Sequence record: PV173775
DNA from: Escherichia phage GEP001
Strand: one strand, 5' to 3'
DNA length: 64,000 nt
Shown here piece after piece: positions 19,859 through 28,818 of this stretch (positions are counted from its first letter, which is position 1; every line of letters begins with the position of its first letter). Made by a program: the position numbers and the translations under genes. The notes beneath the pieces are model-generated. The model ran no database searches and was not told the DNA's origin. It was given only the letters and a program-made list of their open reading frames with translations.

Positions 19859-19862
19859 AATA
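19855..19862 (+). promoter_or_regulatory. late promoter TATAAATA for gene 26
   Basis: exact TATAAATA 22 nt before ATG 19884. Confidence 0.65.
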
Positions 19863-19883
19863 TGATAAATAAAGGAGCTAAAT

Positions 19884-20510
19884 ATGTATGAATACAAATT
19901 TGACGTGAGAGTTGGTTCTAAAATAATCAACTGTCGCGCATTTACTCTTAAAGAATATCTAGAACTTATTACTGCTAAAAAGAACGGTTCAGTAGAAGAG
20001 ATCGTTAAAAAGCTAATCAAAGACTGTACAAATGCAAAAGATTTAAACCGTCAAGAATCAGAACTACTATTGATTCATTTATGGGCGCATTCTCTTGGAG
20101 AAGTTAATCACGAAAACTCCTGGAAGTGCACCTGTGGAACTGAAATACCAACCCATATAAATCTATTACATACACAAATAGATGCACCAGAAGACCTCTG
20201 GTATACACTGGGTGACATTAAAATTAAGTTCCATTACCCTAAAATTTTTGATGATAAAAACATAGCCCACATGATAGTATCATGTATAGAAACAATTCAT
20301 GCTAACGGTGAAAGCATTCCAATTGAAGACTTGAATGAAAAAGAGTTGGAAGATTTATATTCTATCATCACAGAGTCAGATATTGTAGCTATAAAAGATA
20401 TGCTTTTAAAGCCTACTGTTTATTTGGCTGTTCCAATTAAATGTCCAGAGTGTGGAAAATCTCACGCTCATGTAATAAGAGGACTCAAAGAATTCTTTGA
20501 GCTATTGTAA
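19884..20510 (+). CDS. 26: baseplate hub subunit
   Basis: 208 aa as T4 gp26; late promoter 19855-19862. Confidence 0.88.
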   Translation: MYEYKFDVRVGSKIINCRAFTLKEYLELITAKKNGSVEEIVKKLIKDCTNAKDLNRQESELLLIHLWAHSLGEVNHENSWKCTCGTEIPTHINLLHTQIDAPEDLWYTLGDIKIKFHYPKIFDDKNIAHMIVSCIETIHANGESIPIEDLNEKELEDLYSIITESDIVAIKDMLLKPTVYLAVPIKCPECGKSHAHVIRGLKEFFELL

Positions 20511-20908
20511 TGGCAAATATTAATAAGCTTTATTCTGACATTGACCCGGAAATGAAAATGGATTGGAACAAAGATGTTTCCAGATCACTTGGATTAAGGT
20601 CAATTAAAAACAGTCTTTTGGGAATTATTACAACAAGAAAAGGTTCAAGACCGTTTGACCCTGAATTTGGATGTGATTTATCAGACCAGCTTTTTGAAAA
20701 TATGACTCCTCTTACTGCTGACACAGTTGAGCGTAACATCGAAAGCGCAGTAAGAAACTACGAGCCACGTATTGATAAATTAGCAGTTAATGTAATACCA
20801 GTTTATGATGATTATACTTTGATAGTAGAAATACGCTTTTCGGTCATCGATAACCCTGATGATATTGAGCAGATAAAACTACAACTAGCTTCCAGTAACA
20901 GAGTATAA
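20510..20908 (+). CDS. 25: baseplate wedge subunit
   Basis: 132 aa as T4 gp25. Confidence 0.9.
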   Translation: MANINKLYSDIDPEMKMDWNKDVSRSLGLRSIKNSLLGIITTRKGSRPFDPEFGCDLSDQLFENMTPLTADTVERNIESAVRNYEPRIDKLAVNVIPVYDDYTLIVEIRFSVIDNPDDIEQIKLQLASSNRV

Positions 20909-20934
20909 TGCTTCACGTATAAACGTGGTATAAT
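20907..20934 (+). promoter_or_regulatory. middle promoter (MotA box AATGCTTCA + -10 TATAAT) for uvsY
   Basis: MotA box 20907-20915, 13-nt spacer, TATAAT 20929-20934. Confidence 0.6.
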
Positions 20935-20974
20935 GAATCTAAGTCCATCCAATAACAATTGAATAGAGAACAAT

Positions 20975-21388
20975 ATGAAATTAGAAGATCTTCAAGAAGA
21001 ATTGAAGAAAGATGTGTTTATAGATTCGACTAAATTGCAGTATGAAGCAGCTAATAATGTGATGTTATATAGTAAATGGCTTAATAAGCATTCAAGTATT
21101 AAAAAGGAAATGCTTAGAATTGAAGCACAGAAAAAAGTTGCTCTTAAAGCTAAATTAGACTACTACTCGGGACGAGGAGATGGTGATGAATTTAGTATGG
21201 ATCGTTATGAAAAATCAGAAATGAAGACAGTTCTATCAGCTGATAAGGACGTTTTAAAAGTTGATACTTCATTACAATATTGGGGAATTTTATTAGATTT
21301 CTGTAGCGGAGCTCTTGATGCTATTAAATCACGCGGATTTGCTATTAAGCATATTCAAGACATGCGAGCATTTGAGGCTGGAAAATAA
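20975..21388 (+). CDS. uvsY: recombination mediator UvsY
   Basis: 137 aa as T4 UvsY; MotA-box middle promoter 20907-20934. Confidence 0.9.
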   Translation: MKLEDLQEELKKDVFIDSTKLQYEAANNVMLYSKWLNKHSSIKKEMLRIEAQKKVALKAKLDYYSGRGDGDEFSMDRYEKSEMKTVLSADKDVLKVDTSLQYWGILLDFCSGALDAIKSRGFAIKHIQDMRAFEAGK

Positions 21389-21603
21389 TGAAATATAGCA
21401 TTGATGATGCTTTTAATTATGAAGAAGAATTCGAAACGGAAATTCAATTCTTAATGAAAAAGTATAATCTCAAGCGTCAGGATATTCGTATCCTGGCCGA
21501 CCACCCATGCGGTGAAGATGTACTTTATATTAAAGGAAAATTTGCCGGATATCTTGATGAATATTTTTATTCTAAAGATATGGGCATTGATATGCGCATA
21601 TGA
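21388..21603 (+). CDS. hypothetical protein, 71 aa (T4 uvsY.-1 position)
   Basis: ATG overlaps uvsY stop (TAATG). Confidence 0.6.
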   Translation: MKYSIDDAFNYEEEFETEIQFLMKKYNLKRQDIRILADHPCGEDVLYIKGKFAGYLDEYFYSKDMGIDMRI

Positions 21604-21609
21604 GAGTTA

Positions 21610-21617
21610 TATAAATA
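21610..21617 (+). promoter_or_regulatory. late promoter TATAAATA upstream of 55-aa Cys-rich ORF
   Basis: exact TATAAATA 26 nt before ATG 21643. Confidence 0.55.
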
Positions 21618-21642
21618 GATATATAATTTAGAGGAGACAATC

Positions 21643-21810
21643 ATGTCAGATAAGATTTGTGTTGTCTGTAAAACTCCAATCGATTCTGCATTGGTTGTTG
21701 AAACAGACAAAGGTCCTGTACATCCTGGGCCTTGCTATAATTACATTAAAGAACTACCAGTTTCAGAAAGTTCGGAAGAACAATTAAATGAAACTCAACT
21801 TTTGCTATAG
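21643..21810 (+). CDS. hypothetical Cys-rich protein, 55 aa (T4 uvsY.-2 position)
   Basis: Below ORF-track cutoff; found by reading: GAGGAG ribosome-binding site, ATG 21643, MSDKICVVCKTPIDS...HPGPCYNY...; late promoter 21610-21617. Confidence 0.55.
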   Translation: MSDKICVVCKTPIDSALVVETDKGPVHPGPCYNYIKELPVSESSEEQLNETQLLL

Positions 21811-21833
21811 TGTGACCTTTAGTCTATAGTTTT

Positions 21834-21862
21834 GGCCCTTCCTTTTTGGTTGGGCCTTTTTT
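21834..21862 (+). terminator. hairpin terminator after uvsY-distal ORFs
   Basis: GGCCC...GGGCC (5-bp stem, 13-nt loop) followed by TTTTTT. Confidence 0.45.
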
Positions 21863-21865
21863 AAT

Positions 21866-22096
21866 TTAAAAGCTTTCTTCTACTTCATCGTCTGAATCTT
21901 CTAATTCAGCTCTTTTTCCTGCCAAAGCATCTCTCACGGAGATGTCATCAGTATCTTTTAATTCAGTTTCTTTAACTCTTTTCTTATAATAAGCTTCAAG
22001 TTCTTCTAGACCTTCTAATGTTTGGCAAGAGGCAATTTTACCCATAAATTCATCAATAGAAGCTTCATAAAGAAATTGTTTAAATTCTAGTAACAT
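21866..22096 (-). CDS. uvsW.1: UvsW.1 small protein
   Basis: ORF-track start 22108 is TTG; first ATG gives 76 aa (MLLEFKQFLYEASIDEF...) as in T4. Confidence 0.75.
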   Translation of the reverse strand: MLLEFKQFLYEASIDEFMGKIASCQTLEGLEELEAYYKKRVKETELKDTDDISVRDALAGKRAELEDSDDEVEESF

Positions 22097-22121
22097 CTTT
22101 TTCTCCAAAGGGCCGAAGCCC

Positions 22122-23633
22122 TTATAAATTAACTGTTTTCATTACGTAATTAAATTTTTCATCTGCGTATCGCTGAATACGATCAATGCCGTGTTTTAAA
22201 AGATAGTTCAAATGAACATATTTCTTTTTCGTATTAGCAGATTTTGGCTTAACACCGCAATCATCTATGAGGTCCCAGACCGTTGCAATTGTTTTAGAAC
22301 CATGCTTACGTAATACACGACCTATTGTTTGCAATACAATAATTTTAGATTTAACACCGTGCGCTAAAACAACGTGATGCAGATTTTTAACTGAAATACC
22401 AGTAGAAAATACACCATAACTAGCTACTATAATTATTCCTTTACCGTTTTCAGCTAAGGTTTTCATTACGTTGCGTGTTTCAGTATCAACTTCCCCTGAT
22501 ACGTAATAAACTTTATCGTATTCATTTTTAATTAAATCGAAAATAGCTTTACCATGTGATACATGCTTAAACATGACAAAAGTGTTTTCATCTTTTTGCG
22601 CAAGTTTAATAGCTAATTTAGCGATCCATTTATTTCTTTTACTGAGTCCAGTAATAATTTTTATTTCTTCTTGGTAAGTTTTTCCCTTTAATTTAGTAGT
22701 GAACTCATCAGGATAGCGAAGAAAAATACTATTAATTTTTAACTCAGTTACTTGTCCATCTTCCATTAATTTAGAAGTCGTTACTGGCTTAAATATTTCA
22801 CCAAACATTCCAACATACTGCATGATATTAGCTTTGCCATCACGTAATGAACCTGATAGACCAAATTTGAACATGCAGTTATTTAAACCTGATATGATAG
22901 ATGAAATACTTTTTCCTGTGGCAAGATGGCATTCATCATTCATCATCATTCCAAACTGTGAGAACCATTCTTTTGGTTGTTTTACTACAGTTTGCCATGT
23001 ACCAACAATTACCGGTGCATCATTTTTATATTTATCATCTTTTGATGCTCCACCACCGATTTTCTTTATCATTGCATGACTGAATAAACGATAGTCAACA
23101 AAGTCATCAGCCATCTGAGTTGTCAGAGCAGTTGTTGGAACAATGATAAGAATTTTACCTTCATAATTTTCCAAATAATAACGTGCAAGCAAAGCTTGAA
23201 TTAAAGATTTACCTGCGGATGTTGGAAGATTAAGAATTCTACGACGATTAACTAATCCTTCGAACACTGCATCTTTTTGATACCAGTGTGGTTCAATTCT
23301 TTTATTTCCTGAATAGATTTCTAACTTAGAAAGCCATTCATCAAAATCTTTTCTTGATAATTCTTCTTTTTCGTTAATTTGCGGGTCAATCCAAGCTTTA
23401 TAGCCAAAGTTATCGCAGAACTTTTTAATTTGCCCAACTAAGCCGAATGGAAGAAGGCGATTATAATCTAAAAGACGGATTCGTCCATCCCAGTGACCAT
23501 ATTTGTATTTCGGATTAAAACGATACCCATCAGCTTCAAAGCTAAAGAAATCACGGAGTTCATGAAATGTACTTTCTTCACAATCAATTCTCACGTGACT
23601 AAAATCATAAAAATGTACTTTAATGTCAGTCAT
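22122..23633 (-). CDS. uvsW: UvsW RNA-DNA / DNA helicase
   Basis: 503 aa; Walker A LPTSAGKS and DExH-like NDECH in translation; recognised from memory. Confidence 0.92.
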   Translation of the reverse strand: MTDIKVHFYDFSHVRIDCEESTFHELRDFFSFEADGYRFNPKYKYGHWDGRIRLLDYNRLLPFGLVGQIKKFCDNFGYKAWIDPQINEKEELSRKDFDEWLSKLEIYSGNKRIEPHWYQKDAVFEGLVNRRRILNLPTSAGKSLIQALLARYYLENYEGKILIIVPTTALTTQMADDFVDYRLFSHAMIKKIGGGASKDDKYKNDAPVIVGTWQTVVKQPKEWFSQFGMMMNDECHLATGKSISSIISGLNNCMFKFGLSGSLRDGKANIMQYVGMFGEIFKPVTTSKLMEDGQVTELKINSIFLRYPDEFTTKLKGKTYQEEIKIITGLSKRNKWIAKLAIKLAQKDENTFVMFKHVSHGKAIFDLIKNEYDKVYYVSGEVDTETRNVMKTLAENGKGIIIVASYGVFSTGISVKNLHHVVLAHGVKSKIIVLQTIGRVLRKHGSKTIATVWDLIDDCGVKPKSANTKKKYVHLNYLLKHGIDRIQRYADEKFNYVMKTVNL

Positions 23634-23683
23634 GTCTAAATACCATGTAATAAATATATCTATATTTATACTGAGGAAATATT

Positions 23684-24364
23684 ATGATAGATAAAGATTA
23701 TATTGCAGAGCTGAAGGCTCTTGATGATAATAAAGAAGCTAAGGCTAAATTAGCTGAATATGCTGAACAGTTTGGTATAAAGGTCAAAAAGAATAAATCT
23801 TTTGATAATATCGTTAATGATATTGAAGAAGCCCTCCAGAAGCTCGCTAGTGAACCTATGCCAGAGACTGATGGGTTATCTATTAAAGACTTAATTAATG
23901 CTGCTGATGCTGCAGAGGGATTAAAATATGACGATGAAGAAGTCAATCCAGAAGCAGCACTTCTGATTGATTCTCCGGTTAAATCTGATATTAAAATTGA
24001 AGTAGTAGAAACGGATAAAATTCCTGAAAATACCGATGTTTTGATTGAAGATACTCCTTTTGTTGAAGAAAAATTCGAACAGGCTGTAGCTGAGATTATT
24101 GAATCTGAAAAACCGTCTGTATTTACTCTTCCGGAAAACTTTAGTCCGAATCTTCAGCTGATTGGGAAAAATCCAGGATTTTGTACTGTTCCTTGGTGGA
24201 TTTACCAGTGGATTGCTGAAACTCCGGATTGGAAATCTCACCCAACTAGTTTTGAACACGCGTCAGCACACCAAACTTTATTTAGCTTAATTTACTACAT
24301 TAACCGTGACGGATCAGTTTTAATTCGTGAAACACGCAACTCTTCTTTCGTAACATTAAAATAA
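23684..24364 (+). CDS. inh: inhibitor of prohead protease
   Basis: 226 aa; position upstream of hoc as in T4. Confidence 0.8.
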   Translation: MIDKDYIAELKALDDNKEAKAKLAEYAEQFGIKVKKNKSFDNIVNDIEEALQKLASEPMPETDGLSIKDLINAADAAEGLKYDDEEVNPEAALLIDSPVKSDIKIEVVETDKIPENTDVLIEDTPFVEEKFEQAVAEIIESEKPSVFTLPENFSPNLQLIGKNPGFCTVPWWIYQWIAETPDWKSHPTSFEHASAHQTLFSLIYYINRDGSVLIRETRNSSFVTLK

Positions 24365-24373
24365 GGATAACTT

Positions 24374-25504
24374 ATGGCTTTTACAGTTGATATAACTCCT
24401 AAAACACCTACTGGAGTTATAGATCAGACTCAGCAGTTTACTGCTACACCCAGTGGTGAAACTGGAGGTGGAACTATTACCTATGCTTGGACTGTAGATA
24501 ATGTTCCACAAGATGGAGCTGAAGCAACTTTTAGTTATGTACTAAAAGGACCTGCCGGTCAAAAGACTATTAAAGTAGTTGCAACAAACACAGTTCCAGA
24601 AGCTGAGGCTGAAACAGCAGAAGCTTCTACAACTATCACAGTTCAAAATAAGACACAGACAACTACCTTAGCTGTAACTCCTGCTAGTCCTGCTGCTGGA
24701 GTAATTGGAACTCCTGTTGAATTTACCGCTGCCTTAGCTTCTCAACCATCAGGTGCATCTGCTACGTATCAGTGGCATGTAGATGGTTCTCCTGTGAGCG
24801 AAGCAACTAGTGCTACATTCAATTACACTCCTACTACAAGCGGAGTTAAAAAAATTAAGTGTGTAGCCCAAGTAACAGCGACAGATTATGATGCAAAGGA
24901 AGTTACTTCTAATGAAGTATCATTGACGGTTAATAAGAAGACAATGAATCCACAGATTGCATTGACTCCTCCTTCTATTAACGTTCAGCAAGATGCTTCG
25001 GCTACATTTACTGCTAATGTTACTGGCGCACCTGACGCAGCACAAATTACTTACTCGTGGAAGAAAGATTCTTCTCCTGTAGAAGGGTCAACTAACGTAT
25101 ACACTGTTGATACATCATCTATTGGAAGCCAAACCATTGAAGTTACTGCAACTGTTACCGCCGCTGATTATGATAGCAAAACTATTACAGCAGAAGGCCA
25201 AGTTCAAGTGACTGATAAAGTTGCTCCGGAACCAGAAGGTGAATTACCTTATGTTCATCCTCTTCCACATCGTACTTCAGCTTATATCTGGTGCGGTTGG
25301 TGGGTTATGGATGAAATCCAAAAAATGACTGAAGAAGGTAAAGATTGGAAAACTGACGACCCAGATAGTAAGTACTACTTGCATCGTTACACTCTTCAGA
25401 AGATGATGAAAGACTATCCAGAAGTTGATGTTCAAGAATCGCGTAATGGATACATCATTCATAAAACTGCTTTAGAAACTGGTATAATCTATACCTATCC
25501 ATAA
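24374..25504 (+). CDS. hoc: highly immunogenic outer capsid protein Hoc
   Basis: 376 aa; repeated Ig-like ~90-aa modules visible; hairpin terminator after stop. Confidence 0.9.
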   Translation: MAFTVDITPKTPTGVIDQTQQFTATPSGETGGGTITYAWTVDNVPQDGAEATFSYVLKGPAGQKTIKVVATNTVPEAEAETAEASTTITVQNKTQTTTLAVTPASPAAGVIGTPVEFTAALASQPSGASATYQWHVDGSPVSEATSATFNYTPTTSGVKKIKCVAQVTATDYDAKEVTSNEVSLTVNKKTMNPQIALTPPSINVQQDASATFTANVTGAPDAAQITYSWKKDSSPVEGSTNVYTVDTSSIGSQTIEVTATVTAADYDSKTITAEGQVQVTDKVAPEPEGELPYVHPLPHRTSAYIWCGWWVMDEIQKMTEEGKDWKTDDPDSKYYLHRYTLQKMMKDYPEVDVQESRNGYIIHKTALETGIIYTYP

Positions 25505-25508
25505 TCTC

Positions 25509-25535
25509 AGGGGCTTCGGCCCCTTTCTTCATTTT
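25509..25535 (+). terminator. terminator after hoc
   Basis: AGGGGC-TTCG-GCCCCT followed by TTCTTCATTTT. Confidence 0.7.
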
Positions 25536-25592
25536 GAAAGCACATAAAACACAATCAGAAAACGATGTATATAATGGCACCAACTCGATAAC

Positions 25593-25808
25593 ATGAGATT
25601 GATTATGAGAACTGAGGTTGTGGTGTTTACACTCCATGAGTCTGGAAAGTCATTCATTGAAATTGCTCGTGAATTGAACTTACAGGCAAAGGAAGTGGCT
25701 GTATTATGGGCTCGAGCTATGACTGCTAAGAATAAATTTGAGACTCGAGAAAAAGTTGTCTATAGAAAAAGACATATTAATAAGAAGGTGAAAAATGGAA
25801 CAGTATGA
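25593..25808 (+). CDS. hypothetical protein, 71 aa (T4 24.3 position)
   Basis: ORF between hoc and rnlB; start could instead be ATG 25605. Confidence 0.5.
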   Translation: MRLIMRTEVVVFTLHESGKSFIEIARELNLQAKEVAVLWARAMTAKNKFETREKVVYRKRHINKKVKNGTV

Positions 25809-26073
25809 TCTTTATGAAAATGAATCTTTTGCTAATCAATTACGCGAAAAAGCACTTAAAAGCAAACAGTTTAAACTAGAGTGTTTTATTAAAGATTTTT
25901 CGGAACTTGCTAATAAAGCAGCTGAACAAGGTAAAACATATTTTAGTTATTATTGTACTGCTCGCGATAAATTGATTACTGAAGAAATTGGTGATTGGCT
26001 GAGAAAAGAAGGATTTAGCTTTAAAGTCAATAGTGATCAGCGTGATGGTGATTGGTTAGAAATTACATTTTGA
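25795..26073 (+). CDS. hypothetical protein, 92 aa (T4 24.2 position)
   Basis: overlaps upstream ORF end by 14 nt. Confidence 0.55.
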   Translation: MEQYDLYENESFANQLREKALKSKQFKLECFIKDFSELANKAAEQGKTYFSYYCTARDKLITEEIGDWLRKEGFSFKVNSDQRDGDWLEITF

Positions 26074-26082
26074 GGATTAATT

Positions 26083-27087
26083 ATGTTTAAAAAGTATAGC
26101 AGTCTTGAAAATCATTACAATTCTAAATTCATTGAAAAACTTTATAGTTTAGGATTGACTGGCGGCGAATGGGTAGCTCGCGAAAAGATTCACGGTACAA
26201 ACTTTTCATTGATTATTGAGCGTGATAAAGCAACTTGTGCTAAACGTACTGGACCGATTCTTCCTGCTGAAGATTTCTTTGGGTATGAAATTATTCTAAA
26301 GAATTATACTGATTCCATTAAAGCAGTACAAGATATTATGGAAACTTCAGCAGTTGTATCTTATCAAGTCTTTGGCGAATTCGCTGGACCTGGTATTCAG
26401 AAGAATGTCGATTATGGCGATAAAGATTTTTATGTATTTGACATTATTGTTACTACCGAAAGTGGTGATGTGACTTATGTCGATGATTATATGATGGAAT
26501 CATTCTGTAATACATTTAAATTTAAAATGGCTCCACTTTTAGGTCGCGGTAAATTTGAAGAGCTTATTAAATTGCCAAATGATTTAGATTCTGTCGTTCA
26601 AGATTATAATTTTACAGTAGACCATGCTGGATTAGTTGATGCAAATAAATGCGTTTGGAATGCCGAAGCAAAAGGCGAAGTATTTACCGCTGAAGGTTAT
26701 GTATTGAAACCTTGTTATCCTTCTTGGATGCCTAACGGAAATCGTGTAGCTATTAAATGCAAGAACTCTAAATTTAGTGAAAAGAAAAAGTCTGATAAGC
26801 CTATTAAAGCTAAAGTTGAGCTGTCAGAAGCTGATAATAAATTGCTGGGAATTTTAGCTTGCTACGTTACACTGAACCGAGTAAATAACGTTATTTCTAA
26901 AATTGGCGAAATTGGTCCAAAGGATTTTGGAAAGGTGATGGGACTAACTGTTCAAGATATTTTGGAAGAAACTTCTCGTGAAGGTATTACTTTAACTCAA
27001 GCGGATAATCCTTCTTTGATTAAGAAGGAATTAGTTAAAATGGTACAAGATGTACTTCGTCCGGCTTGGATTGAATTAGTGAGTTAA
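26083..27087 (+). CDS. rnlB: RNA ligase 2
   Basis: 334 aa; nucleotidyltransferase motif I KIHGTN (lysine adenylation site); recognised from memory. Confidence 0.93.
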   Translation: MFKKYSSLENHYNSKFIEKLYSLGLTGGEWVAREKIHGTNFSLIIERDKATCAKRTGPILPAEDFFGYEIILKNYTDSIKAVQDIMETSAVVSYQVFGEFAGPGIQKNVDYGDKDFYVFDIIVTTESGDVTYVDDYMMESFCNTFKFKMAPLLGRGKFEELIKLPNDLDSVVQDYNFTVDHAGLVDANKCVWNAEAKGEVFTAEGYVLKPCYPSWMPNGNRVAIKCKNSKFSEKKKSDKPIKAKVELSEADNKLLGILACYVTLNRVNNVISKIGEIGPKDFGKVMGLTVQDILEETSREGITLTQADNPSLIKKELVKMVQDVLRPAWIELVS

Positions 27088-27091
27088 ATAA

Positions 27092-27120
27092 AAAGGGACC
27101 GAAAGGTCCCTTTGTTTTAT
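27092..27120. terminator. bidirectional terminator between rnlB (+) and gene 24 (-)
   Basis: AAAGGGACC-GAAA-GGTCCCTTT followed by GTTTTATT; A-run upstream gives a T-run on the other strand. Confidence 0.75.
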
Positions 27121-28400
27121 TCATCAACGATAATTTTTGGTAGCTTAACACCCAATAAAACAGACAAATCTGAACGACCCGCCATTTTATCCATGTCTCC
27201 ACCATCAATTATTCTTGCTTCTTTTTCATCTTTTGCTACAGTGTAAGGATTTGCAGATAAAGCATATCTAACCAATAAACCGATAGATGGCTGCAAACTT
27301 TCTGGATCAACTACAACTTTAAATGCACCTACATGTTCAGGGTCATCTAAGTCAAGACCTTCTGTATACGGAGCATAGAAAATTGATCCAACAATTTCTT
27401 TTTCGCCAATATTTTCTACCACACCGACGATTACATAATCTAATGGGCTGTTAGTATCGCAATAAAGCGGTAAACCATTAGCTAAAAACCCGTAGGCATT
27501 TTGTGAAAGATATTTATCATCTTCTGGTTTATGTTTTAACCAACCTGATGCAGCAAGAATCGCAGCAGCACGAGCTGAAGCAACACAGAACGTTGCTGTA
27601 TAAGTTGATTCTTTTTGGATATGTGAAACCATTTCACATACCATTCGGTATAATGAACGACCAGCTTCAGGTGCAGATGCATAGCTCAAATCAATGAATC
27701 CAGTGTCAGTAATTCCTGTAACTTTATATCGTTTTGATACTGTAATCAAAGACTGTAGAATATCTTTATTGATTTCATCCGCCATTTCAGTTGCAAGCAA
27801 ATCTTCCAAGAAATTAGGAGCATCGAATCCATTTGCTTCTAAATCTTGTGCTAATTCAACTGTGATGCCAGTTTTAAGTTTACGAGATTTAACTGCGGTT
27901 TGCCATTTATTAATCTGGAATCTAGCATCCGCAATTTCGCTATCAGAGCTTTCAAATTTGCTCGTTGACGCTGCGTCAGAAAATAGACGAACCTTTAAAA
28001 GAACAATTGCAATCTGAAGAGCTAATTCTAAATCGCTTTCTTCAATAGTAGCAAATGGTGTATCTTCTAATACTTTATAGACGATATTATTGTATTTGAA
28101 TAAATCGCCTTTATTGAGAGTTAATTTAGACTCTTCTGTTAATTCTGTGATTTGTTCTCGGTCTACATATCCAGCTTCGCCAGCGTAAGTAGCACCAGTT
28201 TTAAATGTAAATTCGTTATCTGGATTAAGGTATTTGATACCATAAAAAGCAGCAACAGGTTGATTAGTTCTTTGCGTTGCTACAATGTCAGAATATATTA
28301 ATTTAGTGGTAGCGCGAGTCAAAGCAACGAGATTTGGGCGACCGATTGAGTTGCTATTCGTTGTGGTTGATTCGCGCAGAAGTTCGTTGATTTTAGCCAT
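27117..28400 (-). CDS. 24: head vertex protein
   Basis: 427 aa as T4 gp24; late promoter 28429-28436. Confidence 0.92.
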   Translation of the reverse strand: MAKINELLRESTTTNSNSIGRPNLVALTRATTKLIYSDIVATQRTNQPVAAFYGIKYLNPDNEFTFKTGATYAGEAGYVDREQITELTEESKLTLNKGDLFKYNNIVYKVLEDTPFATIEESDLELALQIAIVLLKVRLFSDAASTSKFESSDSEIADARFQINKWQTAVKSRKLKTGITVELAQDLEANGFDAPNFLEDLLATEMADEINKDILQSLITVSKRYKVTGITDTGFIDLSYASAPEAGRSLYRMVCEMVSHIQKESTYTATFCVASARAAAILAASGWLKHKPEDDKYLSQNAYGFLANGLPLYCDTNSPLDYVIVGVVENIGEKEIVGSIFYAPYTEGLDLDDPEHVGAFKVVVDPESLQPSIGLLVRYALSANPYTVAKDEKEARIIDGGDMDKMAGRSDLSVLLGVKLPKIIVDE

Positions 28401-28428
28401 TGCGCTTTCCTTGTTGAGAGTATATGTT

Positions 28429-28436
28429 TATTTATA
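28429..28436 (-). promoter_or_regulatory. late promoter TATAAATA for gene 24
   Basis: TATTTATA on + strand, 29 nt upstream of gene 24 ATG. Confidence 0.65.
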
Positions 28437-28442
28437 AAAGTT

Positions 28443-28472
28443 GTTTACAGCAAGGTTATCACATGTTACTAT
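28443..28472 (+). promoter_or_regulatory. early-type promoter (AAAGTTGTTTACA ... TACTAT) for the 88-aa ORF
   Basis: GTTTAC 28443-28448, TACTAT 28467-28472. Confidence 0.6.
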
Positions 28473-28502
28473 AGACCTATCAAAAACATGAGGAGATTAA
28501 AA

Positions 28503-28769
28503 ATGAACAAGTTAAACTTTATTCGTACTACTCTGTCCGCTCTTGATAAAGACATCAAAGCCCTGGTAGAAAAATATGGTTCCAATCCTAACGGTAATGC
28601 AGTGAATGCCCTAGTTAAGAAATATGAAACCATGGCTTATGCTACTGACTTCTGGTGGAACGGTGAATATTCTACCCATACCAAAGACAAATCTGGTAAC
28701 TGGCTGAAAATCCAAGAAAATCGTATTGACTTCCGTGACATCATCAACCGTCGAGTTAAGATTGCGTAG
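28503..28769 (+). CDS. hypothetical protein, 88 aa, on opposite strand between head genes 24 and 23
   Basis: AGGAG 28491-28495 then ATG 28503 (ORF-track ATG 28488 lies inside the ribosome-binding site); own early promoter 28443-28472; hairpin 28783-28804 downstream. Confidence 0.6.
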   Translation: MNKLNFIRTTLSALDKDIKALVEKYGSNPNGNAVNALVKKYETMAYATDFWWNGEYSTHTKDKSGNWLKIQENRIDFRDIINRRVKIA

Positions 28770-28804
28770 TATAGAAACAAGAATGGGAGACCGAAGTCTC
28801 CCAT
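28770..28804 (-). terminator. terminator downstream of major capsid gene 23
   Basis: 9-bp stem ATGGGAGAC-CGAA-GTCTCCCAT; on - strand followed by TCTTGTTTCT. Confidence 0.7.
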
Positions 28805-28818
28805 AATAAGGTTATATC

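Noticed and set aside
24374-25504. Internal repeats within hoc
   Set aside because: They are the tandem Ig-like domains of the Hoc capsid decoration protein (recurring TATVTA and YTV motifs), not a mobile or regulatory repeat.
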